A stretch of DNA of 64,000 bases from IMG/VR virus record IMGVR_UViG_3300029892_000002. The stretch is one strand, 5' to 3'. The position numbers and the translations under genes are program-made. The DNA is from a virus. Positions 1-9,105 of the stretch are shown piece after piece. Positions within the stretch are counted from its first letter, which is position 1; each line of letters starts with the position of its first letter. The notes beneath the pieces are model-generated. The model was not told the DNA's origin. It made no database searches and was given only the letters and a program-made list of their open reading frames with translations.

Positions 1-745
1 TATGCCCATACCAGCTATTGCTAATGATGGACATCAGCATACCGACATTGAAGTCATGCAAACGAACATTCTCACTAGCAGAAATAACACCACTACAGAA
101 AGACTTCAGATCACTCAACTTACCAGCACGATCAAACACTTCAAAGATCATACTAGTAGGTGCTTTAGTAACCTTGGCTGTCTGAACGGCAAACTTCTGT
201 AACACATGTTCATCAACTTCTTTCTCAAACAGAGATTGATAGAAGTAATGAGCAACGATGGTGACAACCAGCTGGTCCTTAGGATCAAGTCCATATTTCT
301 TACTAATGACCTCACTCAGCCAGTTAGCATATACCATACCAGCAAAACTCAAGTCATTTTTAATACCACCAACCATGCCAGCCAGCCAAGCTAAGCTCAA
401 CACCATCCTAGATTTGCTAAAAGCAAACTCCGTCACATTTTTAACATCAACTTCACTAGGACGTTCAGCAGCGCTCTTCTGACGCATAAAAGGCCGGATA
501 TCAGCAAACAAAAACTTCTGATCCTTACCACTATCGATCAACAACGGATGGCTGAAAAACGGAATAACGCTCTCACTACTACCATAGCCAGTGATGAACA
601 CAGGAGATATATCCCCAACCTTATTCAGCCCAAAGTTGTTCATATAGGACAGATCCTTGATCAAGGCCTCCTTGAGCATCTTTTCCGTGATACGAAGATC
701 CGTCATAGACCCGACGGTAGTATCATAGGCATTCAAAAAAATCAT
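1..745 (-). CDS. Conserved phiKZ-like hypothetical/virion protein, partial (runs off the left edge)
   Basis: Not in the ORF track; translated by hand. AGGAG RBS, then ATG ATT TTT TTG AAT GCC TAT GAT ACT ACC (MIFLNAYDTTVGSMTDLR...), open to position 2. Divergent from the sheath gene. Confidence 0.75.
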   Translation of the reverse strand, partial: MIFLNAYDTTVGSMTDLRITEKMLKEALIKDLSYMNNFGLNKVGDISPVFITGYGSSESVIPFFSHPLLIDSGKDQKFLFADIRPFMRQKSAAERPSEVDVKNVTEFAFSKSRMVLSLAWLAGMVGGIKNDLSFAGMVYANWLSEVISKKYGLDPKDQLVVTIVAHYFYQSLFEKEVDEHVLQKFAVQTAKVTKAPTSMIFEVFDRAGKLSDLKSFCSGVISASENVRLHDFNVGMLMSIISNSWYGH

Positions 746-1022
746 CATCATCTCCTAGGTTGAAGGATCTGCTCATCAGCAGGCTTTAAAGCAAAAAAAG
801 AAATCATCATACGGGACAACCGCGAGTATCTTGTGAGTGGCCATCCCGCCGCTCACAAGATCTCTCAAACACTAGTAATAATAGTGTATAGTCAGTGCTG
901 GTTACCACAGTAATCTCACTATCAGTACCATCTATCGTTCATAGAAAAAGGACGATAACAAACACTGCCAGGAATGACAGATGTCTCTGGCTTTTCCTAG
1001 TCTCATTAGGAGTTTATCAGAA

Positions 1023-3101
1023 ATGGCTGAGTATATCATCAACGCCGCTCCGATGGTCATTGAACGTGGTATCCAAGACCTGAGCACGCGTCAGCTTCCG
1101 CGCGAACCAGAAGCTATCCCGCAGCACTGCCCGAAGTTCTTTCTCTTCGCACAAAAGGGTCCGACTGATCCTCAACTGGTCGTAGGCGCTGAACGTATCA
1201 ACATGTTCGGTATGGACACGTTTGATCTGCGTTCCAAGTATGCCAACCACCAAACCGTCTTCGCTAACATCGTTAACGCAGAAGGCAACATATCCATGAT
1301 CCAGCGCATGATTCCTCATGACGCAGGTCCTCTGGCTAACGTTTCTCTCTGGCTTGATGTACTCCCCACCGACGTTGACCTCTATGAGCGCAACATCGAT
1401 GGTTCGATCAAAACCGATGCCAACGGTGCTCCCATCATCACCGGCACTACAACTGGCTATAAAGTCAAATGGGTGATGTCGAACCGTCTCACTCACGCAG
1501 ACGTTGAGAACTTCGGTACAGCCACGATCAAACCCGGTACTCAGACCGATCCGGTCACTGGAACTCAATCCCAAATGTATCCGATCTATGAGTTCCTCAG
1601 TGCTCATATCGGTGAATACTCGAACAACTGCGGTTTCCGTATGTGGCCGCTTGATCGCCGTACTCAAACTAACTATCCTTCTCGCCTGATGTCAGAGAAG
1701 CGTGCATTCCCGTTCTACTTCCAGTCCATCCGTCGTCGTGACGCTATGGCTACTCCGAAAATCGTTACCACGATTTTCAATGATCAGAACGTGATGTTCG
1801 TTACCAAGCAAGATACCATCGAGCCTTCTACCGACCAAGAAGTCTTCATGGGCAAGCTTCTGATGTCCAGCTACAACAACACCCAGGATCTGCGTTATCC
1901 TGCCGTGTATGGTGACATGGACAAAGTGGCTATCTACCAAGACAACATCGAAGCCCTGCTGACCATGTTCCATGCAGCAGAAGCTCCGCATATCGATGGG
2001 TTCTCTGATTTCACTACCGATCCTGAAGATAAATTCCTCGTCAACTATCTGACCTTCAACACCTCTGAAGGTACTCCTTATCACTCGATCCATCTCGTTG
2101 ATGACGCTGACTCCATTCGTTGGTCGCAATACACCAACATCTTCATGAATGGCGGATCTGACGGCACAATGAATAACCAAGTCTTTGCAGAACTGGTTAT
2201 CGAGTATATGGATCGTTATCTGGATAAGAATGACGAGCTCATGGATCTGGCTTTCCACGTTGAGTCCATCGTCTATGACTCTGGATTCCCGCTCGAAGCC
2301 AAATATGCTCTCTGTAACTTCATTGGTGTTCGCCATGACACCTTCGTCATGCTGGCTACCCATCAAGCTGATGATCGTATCTTCAATTCAGCAGAAGAGC
2401 AATCCATCGCCATAGCCCTGCGTTCACGTCTGCAGAACTTCCCTGAGTCTGATTACTTCGGTACTCCAGTTACCCGCGGTATGATCATCGGTCGTTCTGG
2501 TAAACTCCGTAATTCTCAATATAGCGACTTCCTGCCGCTTTCTGCTGAGATCGCCATTAAGTCTGCACGCTATATGGGTGCTGGTAATGGTAAATGGAAG
2601 AACGGTTATAACTTTGACGGTGCTCCTGGCTCTATCGTCGATTACATGACCGACATCTCGATCAAATGGGTTAGCCAGAGTATCAGGAACCGTTACTGGG
2701 ATGTTGGTTTGAACTGGGTTGGTCGATATGATCGTCGTGCTTGTTTCTTCCCGGCACTCAAGACGGTTTATAATGACGATACCTCGGTCCTGAACAGCTA
2801 CTTCACGGCTATGGCCTGCTGCTGGCTGAACAAGATCGCCCATGCTACTTGGCGTGAGTTCTCTGGTGTGTCTGGTCTTACTGACAGCCAGCTGGAAGAA
2901 CGCGTCAATGCTTTCGTATCCAATCGCGTTAAAGACGCATTCGATGGACGTTATGTCGTTGTCCCGGATGCTCATCATACCGAGATGGATACTCTTCGTG
3001 GCTATAGTTGGACCCTCCCCATAAAACTCTATAGTCCTAACCTCAAAACGGTCATGGTTACATACGTACAAGCCTATCGGATGAGTGACCTTGAGTCCTG
3101 A
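1023..3101 (+). CDS. Contractile tail sheath protein (phiKZ gp29-like)
   Basis: Start at ATG 1023 after AGGAG. About 690 aa: MAEYIINAAPMVIERGIQDLS...FFLFAQKGP, GGSDG, YDSGFPLEAK, YGAGNGKW, C-terminal YSWTLPIKLY. Recalled similarity to phiKZ-family sheaths. Confidence 0.85.
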   Translation: MAEYIINAAPMVIERGIQDLSTRQLPREPEAIPQHCPKFFLFAQKGPTDPQLVVGAERINMFGMDTFDLRSKYANHQTVFANIVNAEGNISMIQRMIPHDAGPLANVSLWLDVLPTDVDLYERNIDGSIKTDANGAPIITGTTTGYKVKWVMSNRLTHADVENFGTATIKPGTQTDPVTGTQSQMYPIYEFLSAHIGEYSNNCGFRMWPLDRRTQTNYPSRLMSEKRAFPFYFQSIRRRDAMATPKIVTTIFNDQNVMFVTKQDTIEPSTDQEVFMGKLLMSSYNNTQDLRYPAVYGDMDKVAIYQDNIEALLTMFHAAEAPHIDGFSDFTTDPEDKFLVNYLTFNTSEGTPYHSIHLVDDADSIRWSQYTNIFMNGGSDGTMNNQVFAELVIEYMDRYLDKNDELMDLAFHVESIVYDSGFPLEAKYALCNFIGVRHDTFVMLATHQADDRIFNSAEEQSIAIALRSRLQNFPESDYFGTPVTRGMIIGRSGKLRNSQYSDFLPLSAEIAIKSARYMGAGNGKWKNGYNFDGAPGSIVDYMTDISIKWVSQSIRNRYWDVGLNWVGRYDRRACFFPALKTVYNDDTSVLNSYFTAMACCWLNKIAHATWREFSGVSGLTDSQLEERVNAFVSNRVKDAFDGRYVVVPDAHHTEMDTLRGYSWTLPIKLYSPNLKTVMVTYVQAYRMSDLES

Positions 3102-3128
3102 TAGACCTAAAGAAATATAAGATACCAC

Positions 3129-3164
3129 ACCACACACCTGGCTCAATACAGCCAGGTGTGTGGT
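3129..3164. terminator. Bidirectional terminator hairpin
   Basis: Perfect 15-bp inverted repeat ACCACACACCTGGCT/AGCCAGGTGTGTGGT between convergent genes. Confidence 0.75.
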
Positions 3165-3169
3165 TGTGT

Positions 3170-4471
3170 TTATGGGTTGACGAGTATAGCGCGTTCTATC
3201 GGCATACCTCTTGATATGCGTTTCTTTAATCGTTTTAATGGAACGTTATTAATTCCAGCTAATTCCTCAGCTGTCCAAATTTTACCGTCGTATTCGTAAG
3301 TTCCACGTAATTTAGTATCCAACGGAACACCTGTTCTCACACGTTCATATATAGTTTTACGTTTGAGACCGGTTTCTTTTTCAGCGACATCGATGGTTAC
3401 CATCCTACCATCAGGCATCGGAATGAATGCTTCTTTAGGACGTTCTACTTCCGTTTTATGAATCCATTTATAATTACCAGGACCTAATGGTAATTTTGGA
3501 TCAATATGTTTTAGGACATGATTTTCTGATGGTCTCGGACTTAAATCTGCTTTAAACGCTGGGTATGAATACAGCCATTTATTACACATTCTTAAGCCCT
3601 TAGCACCATTGTATCGGTATTCTTCATGATTCTTATTATAAAACTTGGCTTTTAGATTAGACCAAAGCCTATATGTGTAACTTTCATTATCACCGTGTTT
3701 TAGATAAAGGTTATTAGAGACCTCTTCTATTTCTCCTGTCTCTGGATTGGTTACTTGCATATAGAACTTCTTAATATGCCTGATAGCCTCCTCGACAGTT
3801 AGACCTCCTCTTAAATGGTAACGAAGGTTATAAGGAGCTATATGTTCTCTACCACATATATCAGCTACAGTTAACATCTCTCCTTTATAACTATATTTAG
3901 GAATTTCGTGATATGGTTTATCGACAGCTTCCTCTACCGTCATACCGTTGGATATACGTGACTTAATGAGTTTCTTATCTATACCAGATATAGCGGACAA
4001 TTCATCCAGAGTCTTCATCTCACCCTTATACATCCTAAACGCTCTATGTGGGACTACTGGATGTTCTATATCTTTACCTCTAGAAAGTCTAGTATATAGC
4101 GTGTTCTGGTTCATGTTTAAATGTTCTGAGGCCTGTTTTGAGTTTAGAACACTACCAGTACTAGGTATGGTAACATCTATAGTTGTAGAGCGATTGTAAT
4201 CCTGCTCTTCTTTAGTAGCCCATCTGCAATTACCAGGCTCGTAGTTACCATTGTTATCTATGCGGTCTATACTGTATTCAGGTCCTGGTTTTGGACCCAT
4301 GTCTTCAAAGAACTTCATGAATGAATTACGCCATTCTGGACATACAGTAATACCACGACCACCGTATCGCTCATAACTACCGTGCGATGGTAATTCGCAT
4401 CTCCTTACCATAGCTGACCATGTCTTATATTCAGGTGTATCTGTCATGCCGTGTTTTTCAAAAGGTTTCAT
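3170..4471 (-). CDS. Free-standing HNH-family homing-endonuclease-like protein with duplicated nuclease domain and HTH-like repeats
   Basis: N-terminal HGMTDTPEYKTWSAM..RC..YGGRGITVC.EW..F..F..DMG..SIDRIDNNGNYEPGNCRWAT. A degenerate second copy starts at HGDNESYTYRLW. Repeated T(L/I).E......I..RI..G...E.A units. Confidence 0.8.
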   Translation of the reverse strand: MKPFEKHGMTDTPEYKTWSAMVRRCELPSHGSYERYGGRGITVCPEWRNSFMKFFEDMGPKPGPEYSIDRIDNNGNYEPGNCRWATKEEQDYNRSTTIDVTIPSTGSVLNSKQASEHLNMNQNTLYTRLSRGKDIEHPVVPHRAFRMYKGEMKTLDELSAISGIDKKLIKSRISNGMTVEEAVDKPYHEIPKYSYKGEMLTVADICGREHIAPYNLRYHLRGGLTVEEAIRHIKKFYMQVTNPETGEIEEVSNNLYLKHGDNESYTYRLWSNLKAKFYNKNHEEYRYNGAKGLRMCNKWLYSYPAFKADLSPRPSENHVLKHIDPKLPLGPGNYKWIHKTEVERPKEAFIPMPDGRMVTIDVAEKETGLKRKTIYERVRTGVPLDTKLRGTYEYDGKIWTAEELAGINNVPLKRLKKRISRGMPIERAILVNP

Positions 4472-4506
4472 CTTCCTGCTCCTTGTTGGTTAACAGAGCC
4501 ATCTAT

Positions 4507-4537
4507 AGCTCTCATGTACTATATATGTGATCATACC
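4507..4537 (-). promoter_or_regulatory. Putative phage early promoter (repeated motif, copy 1)
   Basis: Minus strand GGTATGATCACATATATAGTACATGAGAGCT, just upstream of the HNH RBS. Matches five other copies. Confidence 0.6.
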
Positions 4538-4712
4538 ATGCTAGGATATTGAAAAGATAATTTACCACCCATAGAGCCTTTTACAGGGCTCTATAGGAGT
4601 ATTTAATCAATAGGTCGTGAGTGTAAGTAGTAATCATTCATTTCTCACACGAGCCATGGATTAAAAACATGGATTAATGAAATACACTGGAATTATCTAC
4701 AGGAGACTGAAG

Positions 4713-4919
4713 ATGGGAAGTTTCACTGATGAAAAACTCACTTATATTGAAGATGCAGGTAGGAAAGGTAAGGGGTTATTCTCAAACCAACCATTACCAG
4801 AAGGAACTATCATAGGTATGTATGATGGGACGGCTAAGAGAATATTTGCTACAGAAGCCATGGGTATGGATAGATCTCTATGGATTGAAAAATGTATAAA
4901 GAATGGCTATCTCAAGTAG
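4713..4919 (+). pseudogene. N-terminal fragment of a SET-domain protein
   Basis: AGGAG RBS, then MGSF...KGKGLFSNQPLPEGTIIGMYDG, matching SET motif I. Stops after 68 aa. No RFINHSC-type or ELT.DY-type motif found downstream in the + frames inspected. Confidence 0.55.
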
Positions 4920-4950
4920 TATATATCTGACCATGGTAGAATCAGATACC
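4905..4950 (-). promoter_or_regulatory. Putative phage early promoter (copy 2), antisense to the SET fragment
   Basis: Plus strand GGCTATCTCAAGTAGTATATATCTGACCATGGTAGAATCAGAT; nearly identical to the copy at 8719-8760. Confidence 0.6.
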
Positions 4951-5241
4951 ATCGTATGGTGTAGTAATAGATATCTTCTTCTTTGAATAGCTTGGTTGTA
5001 TATAGGCTATTTAAATGGTTTCAAAGCCGTCATTCTCCTGGGGCTGAAGAGAACCCCCGTCCGGCCTCACGAGGGCTGGACGGTTAGGTTCTTCAATATC
5101 AGTTGAGGAGAAAATACCTACTAACTGTAAGACAAAAACTCCAGGCAATAGTATGGATATCCACTGAGAATTTTCTGGTTCTATGTTAAAGAAGAACATG
5201 GGATCGGTTACCGGTAACAACTTTTATCTTCGGAGAAAAAC

Positions 5242-6120
5242 ATGGCACGTTTGACTGATGCAATTCTTGGAGGGCAAGGTGCTGGTGTTGGTTATGCTGT
5301 AAACGCCAATCAACCCATGCTTGATTTGTCCCATGGTGGCCAACAAGGCTGGTCCCCTAACTTGGTAGAGTGGATCTCTAACCAAGCCTATGTTCGTCGC
5401 AACCTCGTATGCATCATGCTGGAAGCTCCGAAGTTGTTTACTCTGCTTCCCAACCCTGAGAAGTGGGTGCAGTCTCTGAAGTCCCTTATGGAGCTTCATG
5501 TTCGTACTATCGAAGGTTTTAACGCTGGTTTGACCGTTGAACTGGATGAGCATCCCGTTGGCGGAGCTGGTGAGATGCAGCAGGAAGTTATCGATGTCAA
5601 GCGTGCTCGCACTGAGCCGGTGTTTGGGTTCGTTGAGAAGTACGGTCGTCCGATCCAGACGCTGCTTGATTACTGGATTCGATATGGTCTGATGGATCCT
5701 GACACTAAATTCGCTTTGGCTGCTACGCTTGGTCAGGCTCCTTCCGATATGCTGGCTGACTGGTATTCGATGACTTGTTTGTTCTTCGAACCCGATCCTA
5801 CGCATTCGAAAATCGTGCAAGCTTGGGTCACCACCAACATGTTCCCGAAGGGTAATGGTGAAGTGATCGGTAAGCGCGATCTGACTTCTGCTTCTGAGCT
5901 TAACAACCTGAGCATCGAGTTCACTGGTGTTAGCCAGTATGGTATCGGTGTTAATGTGTTTGCTCAGAACATCTTGAACCAGATCAACATCAAGAATGCT
6001 GATCCGTTCATGCGTCCGAGCTTCATTCAGAACCTTGCTGCTGACGTTCAGGCTGCTAACATTGGCTACAAGCAAGAAGCCGAGTTGGTTGGTTCTGAAG
6101 CAGTATCTAGCCTCGGATAA
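5242..6120 (+). CDS. Tail tube protein (phiKZ gp30-like)
   Basis: 292 aa, GGAG RBS, strongly biased codon usage. MARLTDAI...WISNQAYVRRNL..IMLEAP...EQ....RAR.EP motif recalled from phiKZ-family tube proteins. Lies downstream of the sheath gene. Confidence 0.8.
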   Translation: MARLTDAILGGQGAGVGYAVNANQPMLDLSHGGQQGWSPNLVEWISNQAYVRRNLVCIMLEAPKLFTLLPNPEKWVQSLKSLMELHVRTIEGFNAGLTVELDEHPVGGAGEMQQEVIDVKRARTEPVFGFVEKYGRPIQTLLDYWIRYGLMDPDTKFALAATLGQAPSDMLADWYSMTCLFFEPDPTHSKIVQAWVTTNMFPKGNGEVIGKRDLTSASELNNLSIEFTGVSQYGIGVNVFAQNILNQINIKNADPFMRPSFIQNLAADVQAANIGYKQEAELVGSEAVSSLG

Positions 6121-6140
6121 TCAAAAAATCAATGACATAC

Positions 6141-6181
6141 TACTTCCTCCTGGACAGCCATATAGGCTCCAGGAGGAAGTA
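6141..6181. terminator. Bidirectional terminator hairpin
   Basis: 14-bp perfect inverted repeat TACTTCCTCCTGGA/TCCAGGAGGAAGTA between tube and dcd. Confidence 0.75.
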
Positions 6182-6757
6182 TCATACTTTAGGTAGTACG
6201 ATGGTGCTTTCTTGATTTTGATACTTACCTTTACGATCGGCGTAGCTAACTTCACATGGTATCTTCCCTTTAAAGAAGAGAACCTGAGCGCATCCCTGGT
6301 TGGCATAGAGTTTAGCTGGCAAAGGAGATCCATTACTGAATTCGAGTGTTACATAGCCACACCATTCGCTTTCCAGCGGGCTAGCCAGGCAATTGATGCC
6401 ACATCTAGCATAAGTGGATTTATTCAGCACGATCGTCTGTATATCCCTAGGTATATTGAATTTCTCAACAGACCTACCAAGCACAAACGAATGCGGTGGG
6501 ATAATGACATAATCACCAACCCTGTCTACATAACTATCATGATCAAAATCAAGAGGGTCGATGATAGTTGAAGAGATATTAGAGAAGACCTTAAACTCAG
6601 GAGCTAGTCTAATATCATAGCCATATGAACTATTACCATAGCTGATGATCTTCTTACCATCAACTTCTTTAACCTGTTGAGATACAAAAGGTGAGATCAT
6701 TGGCTTATCTGTATTTTCACACAACTCCCTGATCTCGATGTCTGACAATATGCTCAC
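6182..6757 (-). CDS. dcd: dCTP deaminase
   Basis: [56 protein letters not shown] start at 6757 after AGGAG. Confidence 0.95.
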   Translation of the reverse strand: MSILSDIEIRELCENTDKPMISPFVSQQVKEVDGKKIISYGNSSYGYDIRLAPEFKVFSNISSTIIDPLDFDHDSYVDRVGDYVIIPPHSFVLGRSVEKFNIPRDIQTIVLNKSTYARCGINCLASPLESEWCGYVTLEFSNGSPLPAKLYANQGCAQVLFFKGKIPCEVSYADRKGKYQNQESTIVLPKV

Positions 6758-6892
6758 GAATATCTCCTGATTTAAAGAAAATTGGCTAAAGTACCACACC
6801 TGCCACCACATGTTGGCAGGTGGGTGGGATTTTAATTAGGCTTTCTTGTTAGCACGGTTCTTGTGCAGGAACTGGTACATCACTGCAAATTA

Positions 6893-6929
6893 ATGAGTTC
6901 TCTGCTTTAACCAACTAAGCTATAGGCCC
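6893..6929 (-). pseudogene. 5' half of a tRNA with CAT anticodon (Met/Ile2 type); no 3' half
   Basis: GGGCCTA TA GCTT AGTTGGTTA AAGC A GAGAA CT CAT gives an acceptor 5' strand, full D arm, anticodon 5' strand and anticodon. The sequence that follows has no TTCTC, no T-arm and no TAGGCCC. Confidence 0.6.
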
Positions 6930-7019
6930 AATTTGGGTGGGCGACGGTGTGTAGGTTTGGTGGTGTCTCCTTAGAGATCTTCCAACTCGATACCGTTCAC
7001 ATAGTCGCCCAGAAACACT

Positions 7020-7505
7020 TTACTTCTTGAGAGCGTCAGCAGCAGCGCTAGCGACAGTCTGCTTGACAGCAGTGAGCTGGCTGTTGTTGCGACCAGCACG
7101 GAAATGCACCTCAGCGCTGATAGCACCGTGCTTGACGATGGTTTCCTTGTTCTCAGAGAAGTTGTTGACTACTTCACGCTTGCGATCAACAGCGACGTTG
7201 AGGTTGGCACGATGACCAAACTGGAACTCACCCTCAACACGATTCAGGCCAGCGTGCTTGGCCATGGCGCTAACAGCCATGGTACCGACAGCATGGACCG
7301 TACCATTGACCACAGTGCCGTCATATTCAGAGAGTTTCTTGACGGTATCGGTGGTGATGCCATCGGGCAGGTTGGCGTCATAGACCTTCTGAAGATCACC
7401 AGTCACAACACCGGTCTTGTTGTCGATGCTCAGTTCTTTCTGAACCTTACCGGAGAAGTCAAGGACTTCCGGTTTTACTACGGGTTTGTTACTCTTGTCA
7501 GTCAT
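7020..7505 (-). CDS. Conserved jumbo-phage hypothetical protein, probably highly expressed
   Basis: ATG at 7505 after GGAG; 161 aa with strongly biased codons. Confidence 0.8.
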   Translation of the reverse strand: MTDKSNKPVVKPEVLDFSGKVQKELSIDNKTGVVTGDLQKVYDANLPDGITTDTVKKLSEYDGTVVNGTVHAVGTMAVSAMAKHAGLNRVEGEFQFGHRANLNVAVDRKREVVNNFSENKETIVKHGAISAEVHFRAGRNNSQLTAVKQTVASAAADALKK

Positions 7506-7660
7506 AATAGTCTCCATGGAAATTGACTGTGGTTTCAAGTATGCCGTACGGGCATGGGGCAATAAGCGAGCTTTAGCAAGCTTGCTAGTGGCTCCAGTTA
7601 ATAAATGTAGGTATATATTTTTTTCCAATAAGGTATCTGGGAGTATTGACTATATAGCTA

Positions 7661-7702
7661 TAGATCACCCACACGGCCCAATATGGCCGTGTGGGTGATC
7701 TA
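7661..7702. terminator. Terminator hairpin after the head protease gene
   Basis: 18-bp perfect inverted repeat TAGATCACCCACACGGCC/GGCCGTGTGGGTGATCTA. Confidence 0.75.
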
Positions 7703-7714
7703 ATATAAGTCAGA

Positions 7715-8473
7715 TTACCATTTAGCGAACTTAGGTGCTTGCACTGGTCGCATGGCTATATTAACCAAACGCAAGGATTCATTGACAAGATCCTTGGATT
7801 CGATAGCCAGTGGCATTTCATTATCGTTGGCTAGCTTCTCAAGCTGCTTGATAGTAATGGGAGAGTCTGAGAGGGTTTCCATGGCAGGACTATCCCATTT
7901 ATTGGAAATAGCTATACCAGGCTCAGTTACACAATCCCATGTAACTATCTGAACTATGGTACGGTAATTAGTACCACGAATCATGCGATCCTTAGTAAGT
8001 GCTCGGATACTGAAACAAACATTTTCTTTAGGGTTGTCTAAGGAGTCTTTCAGGGATTGAGCTTTAGGACCAGATGGTTTGAGTTTGGCGATGATAGCTA
8101 CCAGATGTGGATTGCGCAACTGTGGGTTCTTCTTCCCATAATTAGGATCAAGAAATACATCAGCATAGTGCACACAGACGTTCGTTTCTTCGATGCTCAT
8201 GATACGGCGCATATAGGTTTTCATACCCATACCAGGAGCTTGTTTGGGATGACCTAACTCACCTTTAAGACAGCCGTTCTTGATACGGCGAATGAATAAG
8301 GAAGATTGCTCGAAGAGTTGAGTAACACCATCCGCTACATAGTACTCATCAGCACTATTCAATGTATTCAGTCCACCGATAACATGTTCATAATAGCCAT
8401 GCTCATCGGGAGTAAGGATGCCTTTTTTACCAGTATTGGAAAGTTTGGCTTCAGTGAACTTAATGATAGACAT
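7715..8473 (-). CDS. Prohead (head maturation) serine protease (phiKZ gp175-like)
   Basis: GGLNTLNS..EYY, LKGELGHP (His), FSIRALT (Ser), TWDCVTEPGI. ATG at 8473 after GGGG RBS. Confidence 0.85.
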   Translation of the reverse strand: MSIIKFTEAKLSNTGKKGILTPDEHGYYEHVIGGLNTLNSADEYYVADGVTQLFEQSSLFIRRIKNGCLKGELGHPKQAPGMGMKTYMRRIMSIEETNVCVHYADVFLDPNYGKKNPQLRNPHLVAIIAKLKPSGPKAQSLKDSLDNPKENVCFSIRALTKDRMIRGTNYRTIVQIVTWDCVTEPGIAISNKWDSPAMETLSDSPITIKQLEKLANDNEMPLAIESKDLVNESLRLVNIAMRPVQAPKFAKW

Positions 8474-8569
8474 ATCGATGTCCCCTGTATTAGAAATATT
8501 AGTCACAGGATGACTGGAGATTTGTTAAAAAATAACACCATGGCTTGGAACCATGGTGTTATTGATGTA

Positions 8570-8671
8570 TTACATTGTTGTGGCTATTTCCCTGTCTTTG
8601 AGAATTTGATCCATGGTATCGCTAATACCATTACCATCCTTAAAGATAAGTTTGAAATCAGTCATCTTCAT
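8570..8671 (-). CDS. 33-aa microprotein MKMTDFKLIFKDGNGISDTMDQILKDREIATTM
   Basis: Below the ORF-track cutoff. AAGGAG RBS, repeated promoter upstream, and its own T-tailed terminator (8531-8563) downstream. Confidence 0.55.
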   Translation of the reverse strand: MKMTDFKLIFKDGNGISDTMDQILKDREIATTM

Positions 8672-8718
8672 CTCCTTCGTAGCCTAACCTCTTATACCAC
8701 CATGGTAAAAGACTAGTT

Positions 8719-8760
8719 GGCTATCTCATGTACTATATATCTGACCATAGCAAAATCAGG
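8719..8760 (-). promoter_or_regulatory. Putative phage early promoter (copy 3)
   Basis: Plus strand GGCTATCTCATGTACTATATATCTGACCATAGCAAAATCAGG. Confidence 0.65.
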
Positions 8761-8861
8761 TATGAAAAACTATCCATGGATGTACTCGTGGATAGTCTTG
8801 GTATTTAACCAAAGCAGAAAGACCAGCCCTTATATGTCACGCACGATGATAGGGGTCCAAA

Positions 8862-9105
8862 ACTGTCTTTTTCTCCTGTCCTTGACATCCTCCTCGACCT
8901 AATGGATGAGGATTCCTTAACCTTGCGGTCAGGTGATCCACTCCAGGTAGCCCGAGCAGGCTTCCCACTTCATAGACATGCTTACCCGATACTGACTGGG
9001 CAGAGGCGAGAGGTCTCCATGGGCTGATACCGTGTGTCACCACGGCGGTGATCTTGCTGTTAGAGCCAGCGCGATCGTGCTCGCTGTGCTCGGTTGATGG
9101 GAGAG
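8862..9105 (-). ncRNA. TnpB omegaRNA/reRNA 1 (scaffold ending TCAA plus about 20-nt guide GGACAGGAGAAAAAGACAGT)
   Basis: ACCGCCGTGGTGACACACGG..GCCCATGGAGA..TCTATGAAGTGGGAAGCC..GAGGATGTCAA downstream of tnpB. The 5' boundary is approximate. Confidence 0.7.

Noticed and set aside
1017-3146. Long minus-strand ORFs (216, 224, 240 aa) under the sheath gene; similar ones at 5224-6075 and 13468-14628
   Set aside because: Antisense shadows of strongly codon-biased genes, with no RBS or recognisable motifs.
3730-3740. 11-nt match (GACAGGAGAAA) of TnpB guide 1 inside the HNH gene
   Set aside because: The first guide base mismatches, the match is short, and the adjacent sequence is CCAG rather than TTAT; consistent with chance.
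6830-7015. A canonical tmRNA or complete tRNA
   Set aside because: No T-arm, no matching 3' acceptor strand and no typical tag peptide; kept only as a fragment finding.
8837-9043. 68-aa ORF downstream of tnpB
   Set aside because: It coincides with the omegaRNA scaffold and right end, has no RBS, and is not a credible gene.
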